Part shown: piece by piece, positions 26,244 to 40,173 of the stretch
Layout of the letters: each line of letters begins with the position of its first letter
Position numbering within the stretch: position 1 is the stretch's first letter
Origin: Lobosporangium transversale
Taxonomy: Eukaryota
Assembly: GCF_002105155.1 (NCBI RefSeq)
Contig: NW_019028991.1
Location: forward strand, 186,001 to 250,000
Reading direction: 5' to 3'
DNA: 64,000 bases
Program-made: the position numbers and the translations under genes
The notes under the pieces: model-generated
Seen by the model: the letters and a program-made list of their open reading frames with translations, nothing else
Databases searched by the model: none
What the model was told of the DNA's origin: nothing

Positions 26244-27809
26244 GATGTCAAAGCAGCGCTTCTTCAGCCGCTTTTAACGCCATGAAACTGCGAAACATTT
26301 CAATCATCTCTTGTTAGGCCAAAAAAAAAAAAAAAAAAAAAAGCTTTTATGATGAGCGATCCAAAGCAATTCACAAATAAGTTACCCCGGCTGGCCGCGG
26401 TGCTTTATTTCATGTCCTTTCCCTCCAAAAAATTAGAAAATGAGAACAATAAAGATTCATGATCGATAGTCTCTCTTATTATATTATATTTCTGTTGGAG
26501 ATATGCTTGTTATCAATAAGTTCTGCATCGAGAACAATAACGGCTTTAATATAATTCAGTTAGGGTTAATGTGGGGTAATCAATTGCTTTCAACCAAGTA
26601 AGTTTTTTAAAAGGCAGTGATGAATGACTCGTGGAGGAGATGCAGAAGTAGATAGGAGATGACGAATTAAAATACCATGCGATTCCTACTGTATACGAGG
26701 CAGTATGAAGTAACCGTTTGTAAAGTATTTAAGGAGCGACGCGTCAGGCAACTGTTGCCAGACTCCAAATTGTTATGGTAATAGTCGGCTGTGGCTATGG
26801 TTGCGTATCAGCTCAAGCGAATTACAAAGGAGGAAAAAAAAAAAAAAAGAAGGCTAGAAGGAGTGGCTCTATGATTCGACGTGCCATCAATAGAGCTAAT
26901 ATTACCACAGCAATGTCAGTTCCAAAAGGTTGTAGCAGTACGCCGATTGAGGGATGGAGAAAGAAAAGTAGCGAAGGAGAGGGATGCTATACATACTACA
27001 AGCCATAGATACCATGGCACATCAAGGCAATGAAAAAAAAAAAAAAAAAAAAAAAAATGTATCGACGGAATCCACATTTTGTCAGTCAACAAAGGAAATA
27101 AATTAAATAGATAATTGCCACGGACTTGAGTTTGTCTATATTGTCTGGGCTCTGTTGTGGGGGACATCTACAACTTGTCGTAGGACTGTAACACAAACCA
27201 AGAGAAACCCAATACGTAAAATGAAGGATCAATATGCTTTTCATTATGTATGATCGTCTCCGTTGATAATCACTCCTCTGCTGGTAGATTAGACTAGACT
27301 TATTTGATCGACAAAGAATTGAGGATAATAATTAAATTGTTCCTGAAAAAGTGAAAAAGTGAATATGATCCCACAAGGGGCACAAGAGAGGAAGTCCAAA
27401 CTCTTGTGCACCTTTAGAGAACAGAAAGAAAGAATGGGTCCTATAGTCTGTTCCACAATTTGTATCGTGGCCAAACCGCTTTGCTCGTGGTTTGCCTATC
27501 ATCTTCCGGTAACCGCTCCAATACCCTGTTCTTTGGGGATTTATCCATGTAGCATATAGTTGTGCAAGTAAAAAGACGAGCGAAAGGACAAATAGGAGGA
27601 GAGAAGAAAAATCAAGACCGAACCAGCAGTCTCAACTATTTTATTATCGTTATGATTAATATTGGTTTGTCCTTTGATCCACTCTGGAAACATAAGGGAT
27701 AACAATATTAAAATAAATAGATAATAAAGAAATGCCTATGCTATTTTACGATGAATATGATGTATGTTTTGAGCGTATTCTATGCATTATGCGAAGTGCT
27801 TGTTGTTGC

Positions 27810-28466
27810 TTAAGCATTAGTGGGCTGGGCGGCCTCGGTGATGGTGATAGTCTTGTATACAGTTCTGTACACAGTCTCGGCAGCGGCAGCAACAGGGCAG
27901 TCAGTGGGTATGGGCCTGGCAGTGGTGGTGGTGGGGGGATAGGGAGGAGTAGCAGTAGGCTTAGGAGGCTGGGTAGATTGGGTAGTGACAGGCTCAGGTG
28001 CAGGTCCATTGCCACCGGAGACACGAATGGTCACAGGCTTGCGCTTGTCAAAGTGCTCGCGACCATCGGGACCATTGGAGAACTCAGGGATATAGACAGA
28101 GGAGCTACCATAGTTGGCAATGAGAGGAGCAACGCCAGTAATGCTGCCACCATTAGTGCCTTTAATCTCAATGTCGGCGCAGTTGGAATACAGCTCACGG
28201 TTGCCGACAGCATTGTTCCACAACCACATAAACGTAACCTTGCCCGAAGGAGCGTTGGCTGGGATCTGCACAGGGACGGTGTAGTCAGGACCAGCGTTGC
28301 GGAGACAGTCGCGGATCAGGGTCTTGATGACAACCCAGGTCTTGCCCTCGTCATATGAAAGAGCCCACTGGCAGTGTCCGCCTCCATGAGGAGCGCCGAC
28401 AGAGTAGGCAGTGTTGATGGTCTGACCAGCATTGTAGACGGTGCGCTTGGTATATGGGACAGTGTG

Positions 28467-28503
<37 letters not shown>

Positions 28504-28832
28504 AAGGTGATGGCACAATCAAACCAGGAAATAGTCATGGATAAGCATACAGTACGCATTGCCATTTCGGCCATGTCATATGTTTGGATACAGGACCTTG
28601 ATAGTGATCAAGATTAAACAATTACCTTGCAGAGAGGGAAGTTCTGAGAACCATGGGTACCAATAGGGGAATTAATGTTGTAGTCAATGGACTGGCCTGA
28701 TGGAGGAGCGGGACAGCCAGCTGCAGGATGGTAGCGAGCGCATGGGGTCTTCATGCCAATGTGGGCCTGGACGGTCATGGCTGAGAGGCAAGCCAAAGCG
28801 GCAGCAAAGAGAGTGGTAGTCTTCATGATCAT
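27810..28832 (-). CDS. Secreted AA11-like LPMO, copy D (287 aa) with Pro/Thr linker and short C-terminal motif; exons 28832-28626, 28466-27810
   Basis: Signal peptide ending VQA then His; intron 28625-28467; HGGGHCQ and GNRELYSNCAD; mirror image of copy G. Confidence 0.82.
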
Positions 28833-31800
28833 TTCTGTCGAGAGAAGAAGAGTGAGAAAGTAGGAAGAGAGGAGCTTTTTTTTCTTATTTGATATTTTCG
28901 TCAGAGTTTGCGTGAGGTTCGTATTGTCGTGTTCGTCGTAAGCTTGATTTGGTGTGAAAGTGGGAGAGGTGAGTGAGGAAGGAGACCGATGGTTTGATGA
29001 TGAATTTCTTAGTAACAAGAAGCCAAGTATTTATACAATAACGACAGAAAAAAAAAAGATCGGATTATGAAAAGAGTAATTGCGTAAATTGTCTGGTCGG
29101 CCATGCCGCCCTCCATAGTTCGTGGGTATGGACCATCAGCAAAACTAGGGCAGGGATCTACTTTGCCCCTGGTGCAAGCAAGCAAGCGAGTGAGCAAGCG
29201 GACACAAAGAACAAAATAAAACACGGATACAGCACACCCTACAGTTTCCAGATCATGGTAGAATACATGGTACGTTCGAGAGATCACATTTCTGATATCG
29301 ATCAAAAAATCATATTCAATTAAGAGGGAGGAGAGTAGAAAGGGTCCTCTTTGGGTGTAAATAAAGGCTCATCAAAAAAAACTTTTCTCCTAGTTCCACA
29401 GGAAGATCGCAGGATCACAGGAACATTTATGCATGGTAAATAATAATCGTAATAAAACAATATTAATACACTTATATTTCAATATTGGCAAGAATTACAC
29501 AAACAGTTACGATAATGCACTGATTAGAGATCAGGGGCGACAAGTTTGACCCGACAACCCCCATCTGCATATTGACATATTTGCAATTAATGAGCTAATG
29601 AATATATTGGCGTTCTGTATGACAATGCAACTGCAAACACGCGGTGAACACGCGAGAGGGAAGAGGATGGGAAGGCAATGTCGTTTATTGTAATATGTCT
29701 GTACCTTAATAATATACATTTATTAATATTATCGCTAATATCTATTACATTTGCAATCAAAGAACGTAAAAAGAAGCACGTTGTCATCCGTCCTTATTTT
29801 TTTCGTTATTATCCGCAAGATGGTCAAGATCCCATGCATCGAACAAAGTGGCACAAACCAGAAATATAGGAAATATATTAGTATAAGAATATATACTTGA
29901 AAATATGCTTAAATCATTGCTGTCGAAGAAAGTTCCTTTTCTTTTTATTGGGCTGCCGAATAGAGCAGATGAAGCATTGAAGAATAAAGAAAAGGGCCTT
30001 GACTTTTACCTAGATTGAAGCAGCGCCGTTACAAAAATATATTTTACGATAACTAGTTTCAGAGGAGAAACAGCCGAGACAACTGCCACTACCGAAACCA
30101 CCTTGGATCGGGTATCGATGCATCTATTATAAGACATATAGATACATTTCGTGGAGCTCGATATTACATAGTAACAAGGCTGTTTGATTACGTTGTGTTT
30201 GCGTCTTTTTCTTATCCACTCTGTCATTTATAACCAGAAGGCAAGCCATTGTCGAGGCTATGACAGCAGCTGCAGTAGTGAGATAATAAAAGAAAAAAGC
30301 AAGTAAAATAAAATATAAGGCTTGGTGGTCATTTCTTCTTCTGTTGTTCTATAGCCCCCGCGCAAATATAGTCTACAGTCATGATGGAGCATAGCACAGA
30401 GGGAGCGAGCAAAACAGTTCACATTTGCTATTCTTCTTCCTTTCTAGGACTTTGAAGAGAGGGTAGGGGAAGGGAGAGAGATACAGACATCGTGGGATAG
30501 CGCGGATTATCCTTTTCTTAATTTAAGCGCGATAGAATACACTACTTGTGGTGGAGAACAATCGCTGGAGTATACGGTGCATTACTTATAGTAAGAAGCC
30601 AGCAATAACACATGTACTTCAAATGGTTGGTGGCTAGACTCGCTGTGCTGTTTCTTAATGGGGTTGGCCATCCCATAAAAAGCATTGGGAAGTGAAGAAA
30701 GGCGAGCTTTTGCCATTACCAACAACGCCATCACATTAGCAGCAAAAGATTCATGGCTCGGCACATAGAGCTTTGAGGTTTTAATGTTAACTCTCAAATT
30801 GACGCACTACAAGGCAATAGACTCATTCGGGAGATCTTTGTAGAGTCAGTGCCTATGATGGTTTGAAAACATGTTATCTATTTGAGACGATCGAAAACTC
30901 AGGCGGACAGAGTAATCAATTAATGGTGAAGAGAATAATGGACCCATTATTACGACGTAGTAAGGTCAAAAGGCAGTTAGCAATATAACAATATTCCTAG
31001 ACTATGTTGCTGTAGGACAAAGCTGTAGATCGCGATATGTTTTGATGACGAAACTTTATCATTTTGTAGATTTGGTTTCCGTTCTTCGGAAGCTTGTTAA
31101 ATAATCTCAGGGCCGGAATAGATCAGGTAAATTTAGTCAAAAAAAAAAAGCCATGGGGAAAGGACCCGCAGACTTCAAGTGAATAAAAAGACATGTGTCA
31201 ATTGAGGGGAAAATAGTCTTCTTTGTTAAGCGGAAGGGACATGATGAGGGTAAGGATTCGAGACATCGGCATGAGTGAGATATATTGTTGCCAGAGGATA
31301 GCAATTATCAAGTCCTTTGTGTATCATCGTACTCTCCGTGATAACAATACCAAGCCTTCAGATTATAGCAAAAAGGAGAAGAATGTTGCCTTGTAACCTA
31401 AAAGCAAATACGGCTTGGTGGCAACACATACAGTTTACGGAGCATGGCAGTTAGTGCCACAACCCATAAAACAGACCATGTGATAAGGACACTATGATCA
31501 CCGGTTCAGAGTCCATTAACTTTTTTCTCTTTCTTTTCAGGTCAATGTAACCACTCCAGGCACTTCAAAAAAAAAAAAAAAAAAAAAAAAAGATACAGTG
31601 GAAGTAGGTGATCTAGCCACCAATAAGATGCTCGAATAAGCTTATTTGATTAGCAAGGTTGTTCCTGAGTTGCTCCTGACTGTTCCTGAAGGGAGAAACA
31701 CAACCCTTCATGAGACGAAGGGTTTCAGGTTTCCCGCCAAATTTGTGTGACAAAAAAATATGTCCGAGAAAAAAGGACTATTTCCAACCGAAAAAAAATA

Positions 31801-32273
31801 ATTTAGTGCTAGGGGTCATTAGCACACCACTTAGCCATTCTGATCTTGTCCACAAATTTTGCTTCATGTACTGGGCACTTTTCTGTCTACTTTGTTTGAT
31901 TACATACTCAGTATTCATTCTCACATTCCATTGTTTCAAGTTCGTTCATGTTATCATAAAATTACAAGAAAGGCAAAAAAAAAAAAAAAAAAAAAAAAGA
32001 GAAGAGAAGGATAAAGAAGGATTAAGACTGAACCAGCAGTCTCTTAGTCACTTTATTATTGTTATTAGATTGTCACCTTTTGCTCTACTTTGAAAATACA
32101 AAAAAATCATGACAATAAAATAAAATAATAAAAAATATTCTATGCTAATGTATATGCAAATTTAAATAATAAATACAAAGACGCCTGCACTGCATATGTG
32201 AGCGAGTGTCGTGTGTTGTGTGTTGTGTGCTACATGCATTGTTGCATGCATTATGTTTGATGTTTGTTGTTAC

Positions 32274-33224
32274 TTAAGCGTTAGTGGGCTGAGCGGCTCC
32301 GGTGACAGTGACAGTCTTGTATACAGTTTTGTACACAGTCTCAGCAGCTGCAGCAATGGGGCAGTCGGTAGGCTTAGGTCTGGCAGTGGTGATGGTGGGC
32401 TTAGGGGGTCGGGTAGTGACAGGCTCGGGTTCAGCAGGCCCATTGCCACCGGAGACACGAATGGTCACAGGCTTGCGCTTGTCAAAGTGCTCACGACCAT
32501 CAGCACCAGTGGCAAATTCAGGAAGATAGACAGAGGAACTACCATAGTTGGCAATGAGAGGAGCAACGCCAGTAATGCTGCCACCATTTGTACCTTTAAT
32601 TTCAATGTCAGCACAGTTGGAGTACAACTCACGGTTGCCGATAGCATTGTTCCATAACCACATAAACGTAGCCTTGCCAGAAGGAGCGTTGGCTGGGATC
32701 TGCACAGGGACGGTGTAGTCAGGACCAGCGTTGCGGAGACAGTCGCGGATCAGGGTCTTGATGACAACCCAGGTCTTGCCCTCGTCATATGAAAGAGCCC
32801 ACTGGCAGTGTCCGCCTCCATGAGGAGCGCCGACAGAGTAGGCAGTGTTGATGGTCTGACCAGCATTGTAGACGGTGCGCTTGGTATATGGGACAGTGTG
32901 CTGTTTTTTTTGAGAGGAATGTAAATAAAATGCTTAGTATATGTATAATATAGTGTTTTCATTAACTCTGATTCATGTTTCCTCCGAGATTTATAAGTGA
33001 ATTTGGTGGATCTTTACCTTGCATAGAGGGCGGGCCGCATTATCGGACGTGCCAATGGGGGCGTTGATGTCATAGTCAATGGACTGGCCTGATGGAGGAG
33101 CAGGACAGCCAGCTGCAGGATGGTAGCGAGCGCATGGGGTCTTCATGCCAACGTGGGCCTGGACGGTCATGGCTGAGAGGCAAGCCAAAGCGGCAGCAAA
33201 GAGAGTGGTAGTCTTCATGATCAT
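32274..33224 (-). CDS. Secreted AA11-like LPMO, copy E (277 aa) with Pro/Thr linker; exons 33224-33018, 32900-32274
   Basis: Signal peptide ending VQA then His; intron 33017-32901; conserved motifs; mirror image of copy F. Confidence 0.82.
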
Positions 33225-33419
33225 TTTTGTAAACAGAGCGAGGAATGAGAGTGAGAGTAAAGCTTTTTCTATTTGTATCCGTGAGAATATGTGTGGAGTT
33301 CGTATGGCTACTTTGCTATAAGTTTAATGTAGAGGCGGAGGAGGTGAGCGAGGAAGAAGATCTGATGGTTTGATGATGAGCTTTCTGGTGGCAAGAGACT
33401 CAAGTATTTATACGAAGGG

Positions 33420-33453
<34 letters not shown>

Positions 33454-35188
33454 AGACTAGGGAATAAGAGAGTAAAGGAGCGAAATGCCCGATCGGTGTT
33501 AATACCCTAAGGCCAGAGATTTGGACCAACAAAGTGTGTTGCAATATGAAAACGAGGCTAAAGCAAGATTTGTTTCGTCTTGAAGCAATATAACATAACG
33601 AATAAGTTCAAGTGCAAATCCCTACCCTTTGCGGAGCTAAATAGAATGCATATTATATACATTCGAGAAATGAAATTAATGATATCGATGAGGAAAAACA
33701 ATCTTGGCAGGAAGCAGAGAGACAGGGGAAGGAATGTGCGGTATGGTAGGAAAAGAGTATATAGGTATTTAGTACATGTAGAAAGGGTCCAAGGCTGTAA
33801 ACAAAAGCTCACCGAAACTAGCTAATCAAAATCGACAATAACCAATAAAATGATTAGGCCATTATGTTACATCAGTGAACATGCAACATACAGATTTTTT
33901 TTTTTTTTTTTTTTTTTTGATGGTTCCATGGGTATATTGTAACATCGGCAAAGTTTAACTTGTCAAACAACAAAACACACGTTATTATACCAACCTTTGC
34001 TAATGTCCATAAAATGATCAAGATATATTGTATAAAGCAAGGCAGAGCGACAGAGAGGGCTATACAGGTTGCAACATATCAGGACAGTCTCATAAAGAAA
34101 TCGAAAAAGGGTGTTGACTGGTCCCCTAAGTATCATAGCAGTATGTGCAATATATACGCCATGTCGTCCTTAGTCGTCGTTAGGATGCCTATTTGGTGGG
34201 TCTAAATCATATCAGTGAAGTTAAATCTCCTAAGTCTCTGCTACATCTAAGTGTTAACCGACCAATGAGATGGGTACAAATTAATGAGAATAGTCCAGCA
34301 ATATGAACTTGACCATCCGAAAGCTCTGGTATGATGGACGTATACTTCAGCAATATTTTGAACAAACACACTGACTGTAATAATTAGAAAATCAGGATGT
34401 GATTGACAGTTAATTTGCAGTCATCGAGCGAGAAATATGGCAATTTATCAGAAGAAATTAACAATTAATTTTTGCTTGTGTTACAAAGACCCCATGCACA
34501 TTACATTATAGTTTAGGGAACCGGTCAACACCCTTTTTCGATTTCTTTATGAGACTGTCCTGATATGTTGCAACCTGTATAGCCCTCTCTGTCGCTCTGC
34601 CTTGCTTTATACAATATATCTTGATCATTTTATGGACATTAGCAAAGGTTGGTATAATAACGTGTGTTTTGTTGTTTGACAAGTTAAACTTTGCCGATGT
34701 TACAATATACCCATGGAACCATCAAAAAAAAAAAAAAAAAAAAAAAATCTGTATGTTGCATGTTCACTGATGTAACATAATGGCCTAATCATTTTATTGG
34801 TTATTGTCGATTTTGATTAGCTAGTTTCGGTGAGCTTTTGTTTACAGCCTTGGACCCTTTCTACATGTACTAAATACCTATATACTCTTTTCCTACCATA
34901 CCGCACATTCCTTCCCCTGTCTCTCTGCTTCCTGCCAAGATTGTTTTTCCTCATCGATATCATTAATTTCATTTCTCGAATGTATATAATATGCATTCTA
35001 TTTAGCTCCGCAAAGGGTAGGGATTTGCACTTGAACTTATTCGTTATGTTATATTGCTTCAAGACGAAACAAATCTTGCTTTAGCCTCGTTTTCATATTG
35101 CAACACACTTTGTTGGTCCAAATCTCTGGCCTTAGGGTATTAACACCGATCGGGCATTTCGCTCCTTTACTCTCTTATTCCCTAGTCT

Positions 35189-35220
<32 letters not shown>

Positions 35221-35415
35221 CCCTTCGTATAAATACTTGAGTCTCTTGCCACCAGAAAGCTCATCATCAAACCATCAGATCTTCTTCCTCGCTCACCTCC
35301 TCCGCCTCTACATTAAACTTATAGCAAAGTAGCCATACGAACTCCACACATATTCTCACGGATACAAATAGAAAAAGCTTTACTCTCACTCTCATTCCTC
35401 GCTCTGTTTACAAAA

Positions 35416-36366
35416 ATGATCATGAAGACTACCACTCTCTTTGCTGCCGCTTTGGCTTGCCTCTCAGCCATGACCGTCCAGGCCCACGTTGGCATGAAGA
35501 CCCCATGCGCTCGCTACCATCCTGCAGCTGGCTGTCCTGCTCCTCCATCAGGCCAGTCCATTGACTATGACATCAACGCCCCCATTGGCACGTCCGATAA
35601 TGCGGCCCGCCCTCTATGCAAGGTAAAGATCCACCAAATTCACTTATAAATCTCGGAGGAAACATGAATCAGAGTTAATGAAAACACTATATTATACATA
35701 TACTAAGCATTTTATTTACATTCCTCTCAAAAAAAACAGCACACTGTCCCATATACCAAGCGCACCGTCTACAATGCTGGTCAGACCATCAACACTGCCT
35801 ACTCTGTCGGCGCTCCTCATGGAGGCGGACACTGCCAGTGGGCTCTTTCATATGACGAGGGCAAGACCTGGGTTGTCATCAAGACCCTGATCCGCGACTG
35901 TCTCCGCAACGCTGGTCCTGACTACACCGTCCCTGTGCAGATCCCAGCCAACGCTCCTTCTGGCAAGGCTACGTTTATGTGGTTATGGAACAATGCTATC
36001 GGCAACCGTGAGTTGTACTCCAACTGTGCTGACATTGAAATTAAAGGTACAAATGGTGGCAGCATTACTGGCGTTGCTCCTCTCATTGCCAACTATGGTA
36101 GTTCCTCTGTCTATCTTCCTGAATTTGCCACTGGTGCTGATGGTCGTGAGCACTTTGACAAGCGCAAGCCTGTGACCATTCGTGTCTCCGGTGGCAATGG
36201 GCCTGCTGAACCCGAGCCTGTCACTACCCGACCCCCTAAGCCCACCATCACCACTGCCAGACCTAAGCCTACCGACTGCCCCATTGCTGCAGCTGCTGAG
36301 ACTGTGTACAAAACTGTATACAAGACTGTCACTGTCACCGGAGCCGCTCAGCCCACTAACGCTTAA
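35416..36366 (+). CDS. Secreted AA11-like LPMO, copy F (277 aa, same as E); exons 35416-35622, 35740-36366
   Basis: Same motifs; GTAAAG...CAG intron; TATAAATA at 35228-35235. Confidence 0.82.
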
Positions 36367-39300
36367 GTAACAACAAACATCAAACATAATGCATGCAACA
36401 ATGCATGTAGCACACAACACACAACACACGACACTCGCTCACATATGCAGTGCAGGCGTCTTTGTATTTATTATTTAAATTTGCATATACATTAGCATAG
36501 AATATTTTTTATTATTTTATTTTATTGTCATGATTTTTTTGTATTTTCAAAGTAGAGCAAAAGGTGACAATCTAATAACAATAATAAAGTGACTAAGAGA
36601 CTGCTGGTTCAGTCTTAATCCTTCTTTATCCTTCTCTTCTCTTTTTTTTTTTTTTTTTTTTTTTTGCCTTTCTTGTAATTTTATGATAACATGAACGAAC
36701 TTGAAACAATGGAATGTGAGAATGAATACTGAGTATGTAATCAAACAAAGTAGACAGAAAAGTGCCCAGTACATGAAGCAAAATTTGTGGACAAGATCAG
36801 AATGGCTAAGTGGTGTGCTAATGACCCCTAGCACTAAATTATTTTTTTTCGGTTGGAAATAGTCCTTTTTTCTCGGACATATTTTTTTGTCACACAAATT
36901 TGGCGGGAAACCTGAAACCCTTCGTCTCATGAAGGGTTGTGTTTCTCCCTTCAGGAACAGTCAGGAGCAACTCAGGAACAACCTTGCTAATCAAATAAGC
37001 TTATTCGAGCATCTTATTGGTGGCTAGATCACCTACTTCCACTGTATCTTTTTTTTTTTTTTTTTTTTTTTTTGAAGTGCCTGGAGTGGTTACATTGACC
37101 TGAAAAGAAAGAGAAAAAAGTTAATGGACTCTGAACCGGTGATCATAGTGTCCTTATCACATGGTCTGTTTTATGGGTTGTGGCACTAACTGCCATGCTC
37201 CGTAAACTGTATGTGTTGCCACCAAGCCGTATTTGCTTTTAGGTTACAAGGCAACATTCTTCTCCTTTTTGCTATAATCTGAAGGCTTGGTATTGTTATC
37301 ACGGAGAGTACGATGATACACAAAGGACTTGATAATTGCTATCCTCTGGCAACAATATATCTCACTCATGCCGATGTCTCGAATCCTTACCCTCATCATG
37401 TCCCTTCCGCTTAACAAAGAAGACTATTTTCCCCTCAATTGACACATGTCTTTTTATTCACTTGAAGTCTGCGGGTCCTTTCCCCATGGCTTTTTTTTTT
37501 TGACTAAATTTACCTGATCTATTCCGGCCCTGAGATTATTTAACAAGCTTCCGAAGAACGGAAACCAAATCTACAAAATGATAAAGTTTCGTCATCAAAA
37601 CATATCGCGATCTACAGCTTTGTCCTACAGCAACATAGTCTAGGAATATTGTTATATTGCTAACTGCCTTTTGACCTTACTACGTCGTAATAATGGGTCC
37701 ATTATTCTCTTCACCATTAATTGATTACTCTGTCCGCCTGAGTTTTCGATCGTCTCAAATAGATAACATGTTTTCAAACCATCATAGGCACTGACTCTAC
37801 AAAGATCTCCCGAATGAGTCTATTGCCTTGTAGTGCGTCAATTTGAGAGTTAACATTAAAACCTCAAAGCTCTATGTGCCGAGCCATGAATCTTTTGCTG
37901 CTAATGTGATGGCGTTGTTGGTAATGGCAAAAGCTCGCCTTTCTTCACTTCCCAATGCTTTTTATGGGATGGCCAACCCCATTAAGAAACAGCACAGCGA
38001 GTCTAGCCACCAACCATTTGAAGTACATGTGTTATTGCTGGCTTCTTACTATAAGTAATGCACCGTATACTCCAGCGATTGTTCTCCACCACAAGTAGTG
38101 TATTCTATCGCGCTTAAATTAAGAAAAGGATAATCCGCGCTATCCCACGATGTCTGTATCTCTCTCCCTTCCCCTACCCTCTCTTCAAAGTCCTAGAAAG
38201 GAAGAAGAATAGCAAATGTGAACTGTTTTGCTCGCTCCCTCTGTGCTATGCTCCATCATGACTGTAGACTATATTTGCGCGGGGGCTATAGAACAACAGA
38301 AGAAGAAATGACCACCAAGCCTTATATTTTATTTTACTTGCTTTTTTCTTTTATTATCTCACTACTGCAGCTGCTGTCATAGCCTCGACAATGGCTTGCC
38401 TTCTGGTTATAAATGACAGAGTGGATAAGAAAAAGACGCAAACACAACGTAATCAAACAGCCTTGTTACTATGTAATATCGAGCTCCACGAAATGTATCT
38501 ATATGTCTTATAATAGATGCATCGATACCCGATCCAAGGTGGTTTCGGTAGTGGCAGTTGTCTCGGCTGTTTCTCCTCTGAAACTAGTTATCGTAAAATA
38601 TATTTTTGTAACGGCGCTGCTTCAATCTAGGTAAAAGTCAAGGCCCTTTTCTTTATTCTTCAATGCTTCATCTGCTCTATTCGGCAGCCCAATAAAAAGA
38701 AAAGGAACTTTCTTCGACAGCAATGATTTAAGCATATTTTCAAGTATATATTCTTATACTAATATATTTCCTATATTTCTGGTTTGTGCCACTTTGTTCG
38801 ATGCATGGGATCTTGACCATCTTGCGGATAATAACGAAAAAAATAAGGACGGATGACAACGTGCTTCTTTTTACGTTCTTTGATTGCAAATGTAATAGAT
38901 ATTAGCGATAATATTAATAAATGTATATTATTAAGGTACAGACATATTACAATAAACGACATTGCCTTCCCATCCTCTTCCCTCTCGCGTGTTCACCGCG
39001 TGTTTGCAGTTGCATTGTCATACAGAACGCCAATATATTCATTAGCTCATTAATTGCAAATATGTCAATATGCAGATGGGGGTTGTCGGGTCAAACTTGT
39101 CGCCCCTGATCTCTAATCAGTGCATTATCGTAACTGTTTGTGTAATTCTTGCCAATATTGAAATATAAGTGTATTAATATTGTTTTATTACGATTATTAT
39201 TTACCATGCATAAATGTTCCTGTGATCCTGCGATCTTCCTGTGGAACTAGGAGAAAAGTTTTTTTTGATGAGCCTTTATTTACACCCAAAGAGGACCCTT

Positions 39301-39807
39301 TCTACTCTCCTCCCTCTTAATTGAATATGATTTTTTGATCGATATCAGAAATGTGATCTCTCGAACGTACCATGTATTCTACCATGATCTGGAAACTGTA
39401 GGGTGTGCTGTATCCGTGTTTTATTTTGTTCTTTGTGTCCGCTTGCTCACTCGCTTGCTTGCTTGCACCAGGGGCAAAGTAGATCCCTGCCCTAGTTTTG
39501 CTGATGGTCCATACCCACGAACTATGGAGGGCGGCATGGCCGACCAGACAATTTACGCAATTACTCTTTTCATAATCCGATCTTTTTTTTTTCTGTCGTT
39601 ATTGTATAAATACTTGGCTTCTTGTTACTAAGAAATTCATCATCAAACCATCGGTCTCCTTCCTCACTCACCTCTCCCACTTTCACACCAAATCAAGCTT
39701 ACGACGAACACGACAATACGAACCTCACGCAAACTCTGACGAAAATATCAAATAAGAAAAAAAAGCTCCTCTCTTCCTACTTTCTCACTCTTCTTCTCTC
39801 GACAGAA

Positions 39808-40136
39808 ATGATCATGAAGACTACCACTCTCTTTGCTGCCGCTTTGGCTTGCCTCTCAGCCATGACCGTCCAGGCCCACATTGGCATGAAGACCCCATGC
39901 GCTCGCTACCATCCTGCAGCTGGCTGTCCCGCTCCTCCATCAGGCCAGTCCATTGACTACAACATTAATTCCCCTATTGGTACCCATGGTTCTCAGAACT
40001 TCCCTCTCTGCAAGGTAATTGTTTAATCTTGATCACTATCAAGGTCCTGTATCCAAACATATGACATGGCCGAAATGGCAATGCGTACTGTATGCTTATC
40101 CATGACTATTTCCTGGTTTGATTGTGCCATCACCTT

Positions 40137-40173
<37 letters not shown>

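Larger units (their letters stand above)
26834..34118. repeat. Left arm (~7.3 kb) of a large inverted repeat
   Basis: Reverse complement of 34524-41827. The ORF track mirrors with coordinate sums of 68640 (68642 inside an A-run that differs by 2 nt). Confidence 0.97.

Noticed and set aside
31702..31724. Small hairpin AACCCTTC-N7-GAAGGGTT, mirrored at ~36916-36938
   Set aside because: An 8-bp stem is expected by chance, and the second copy is just the palindrome arm.
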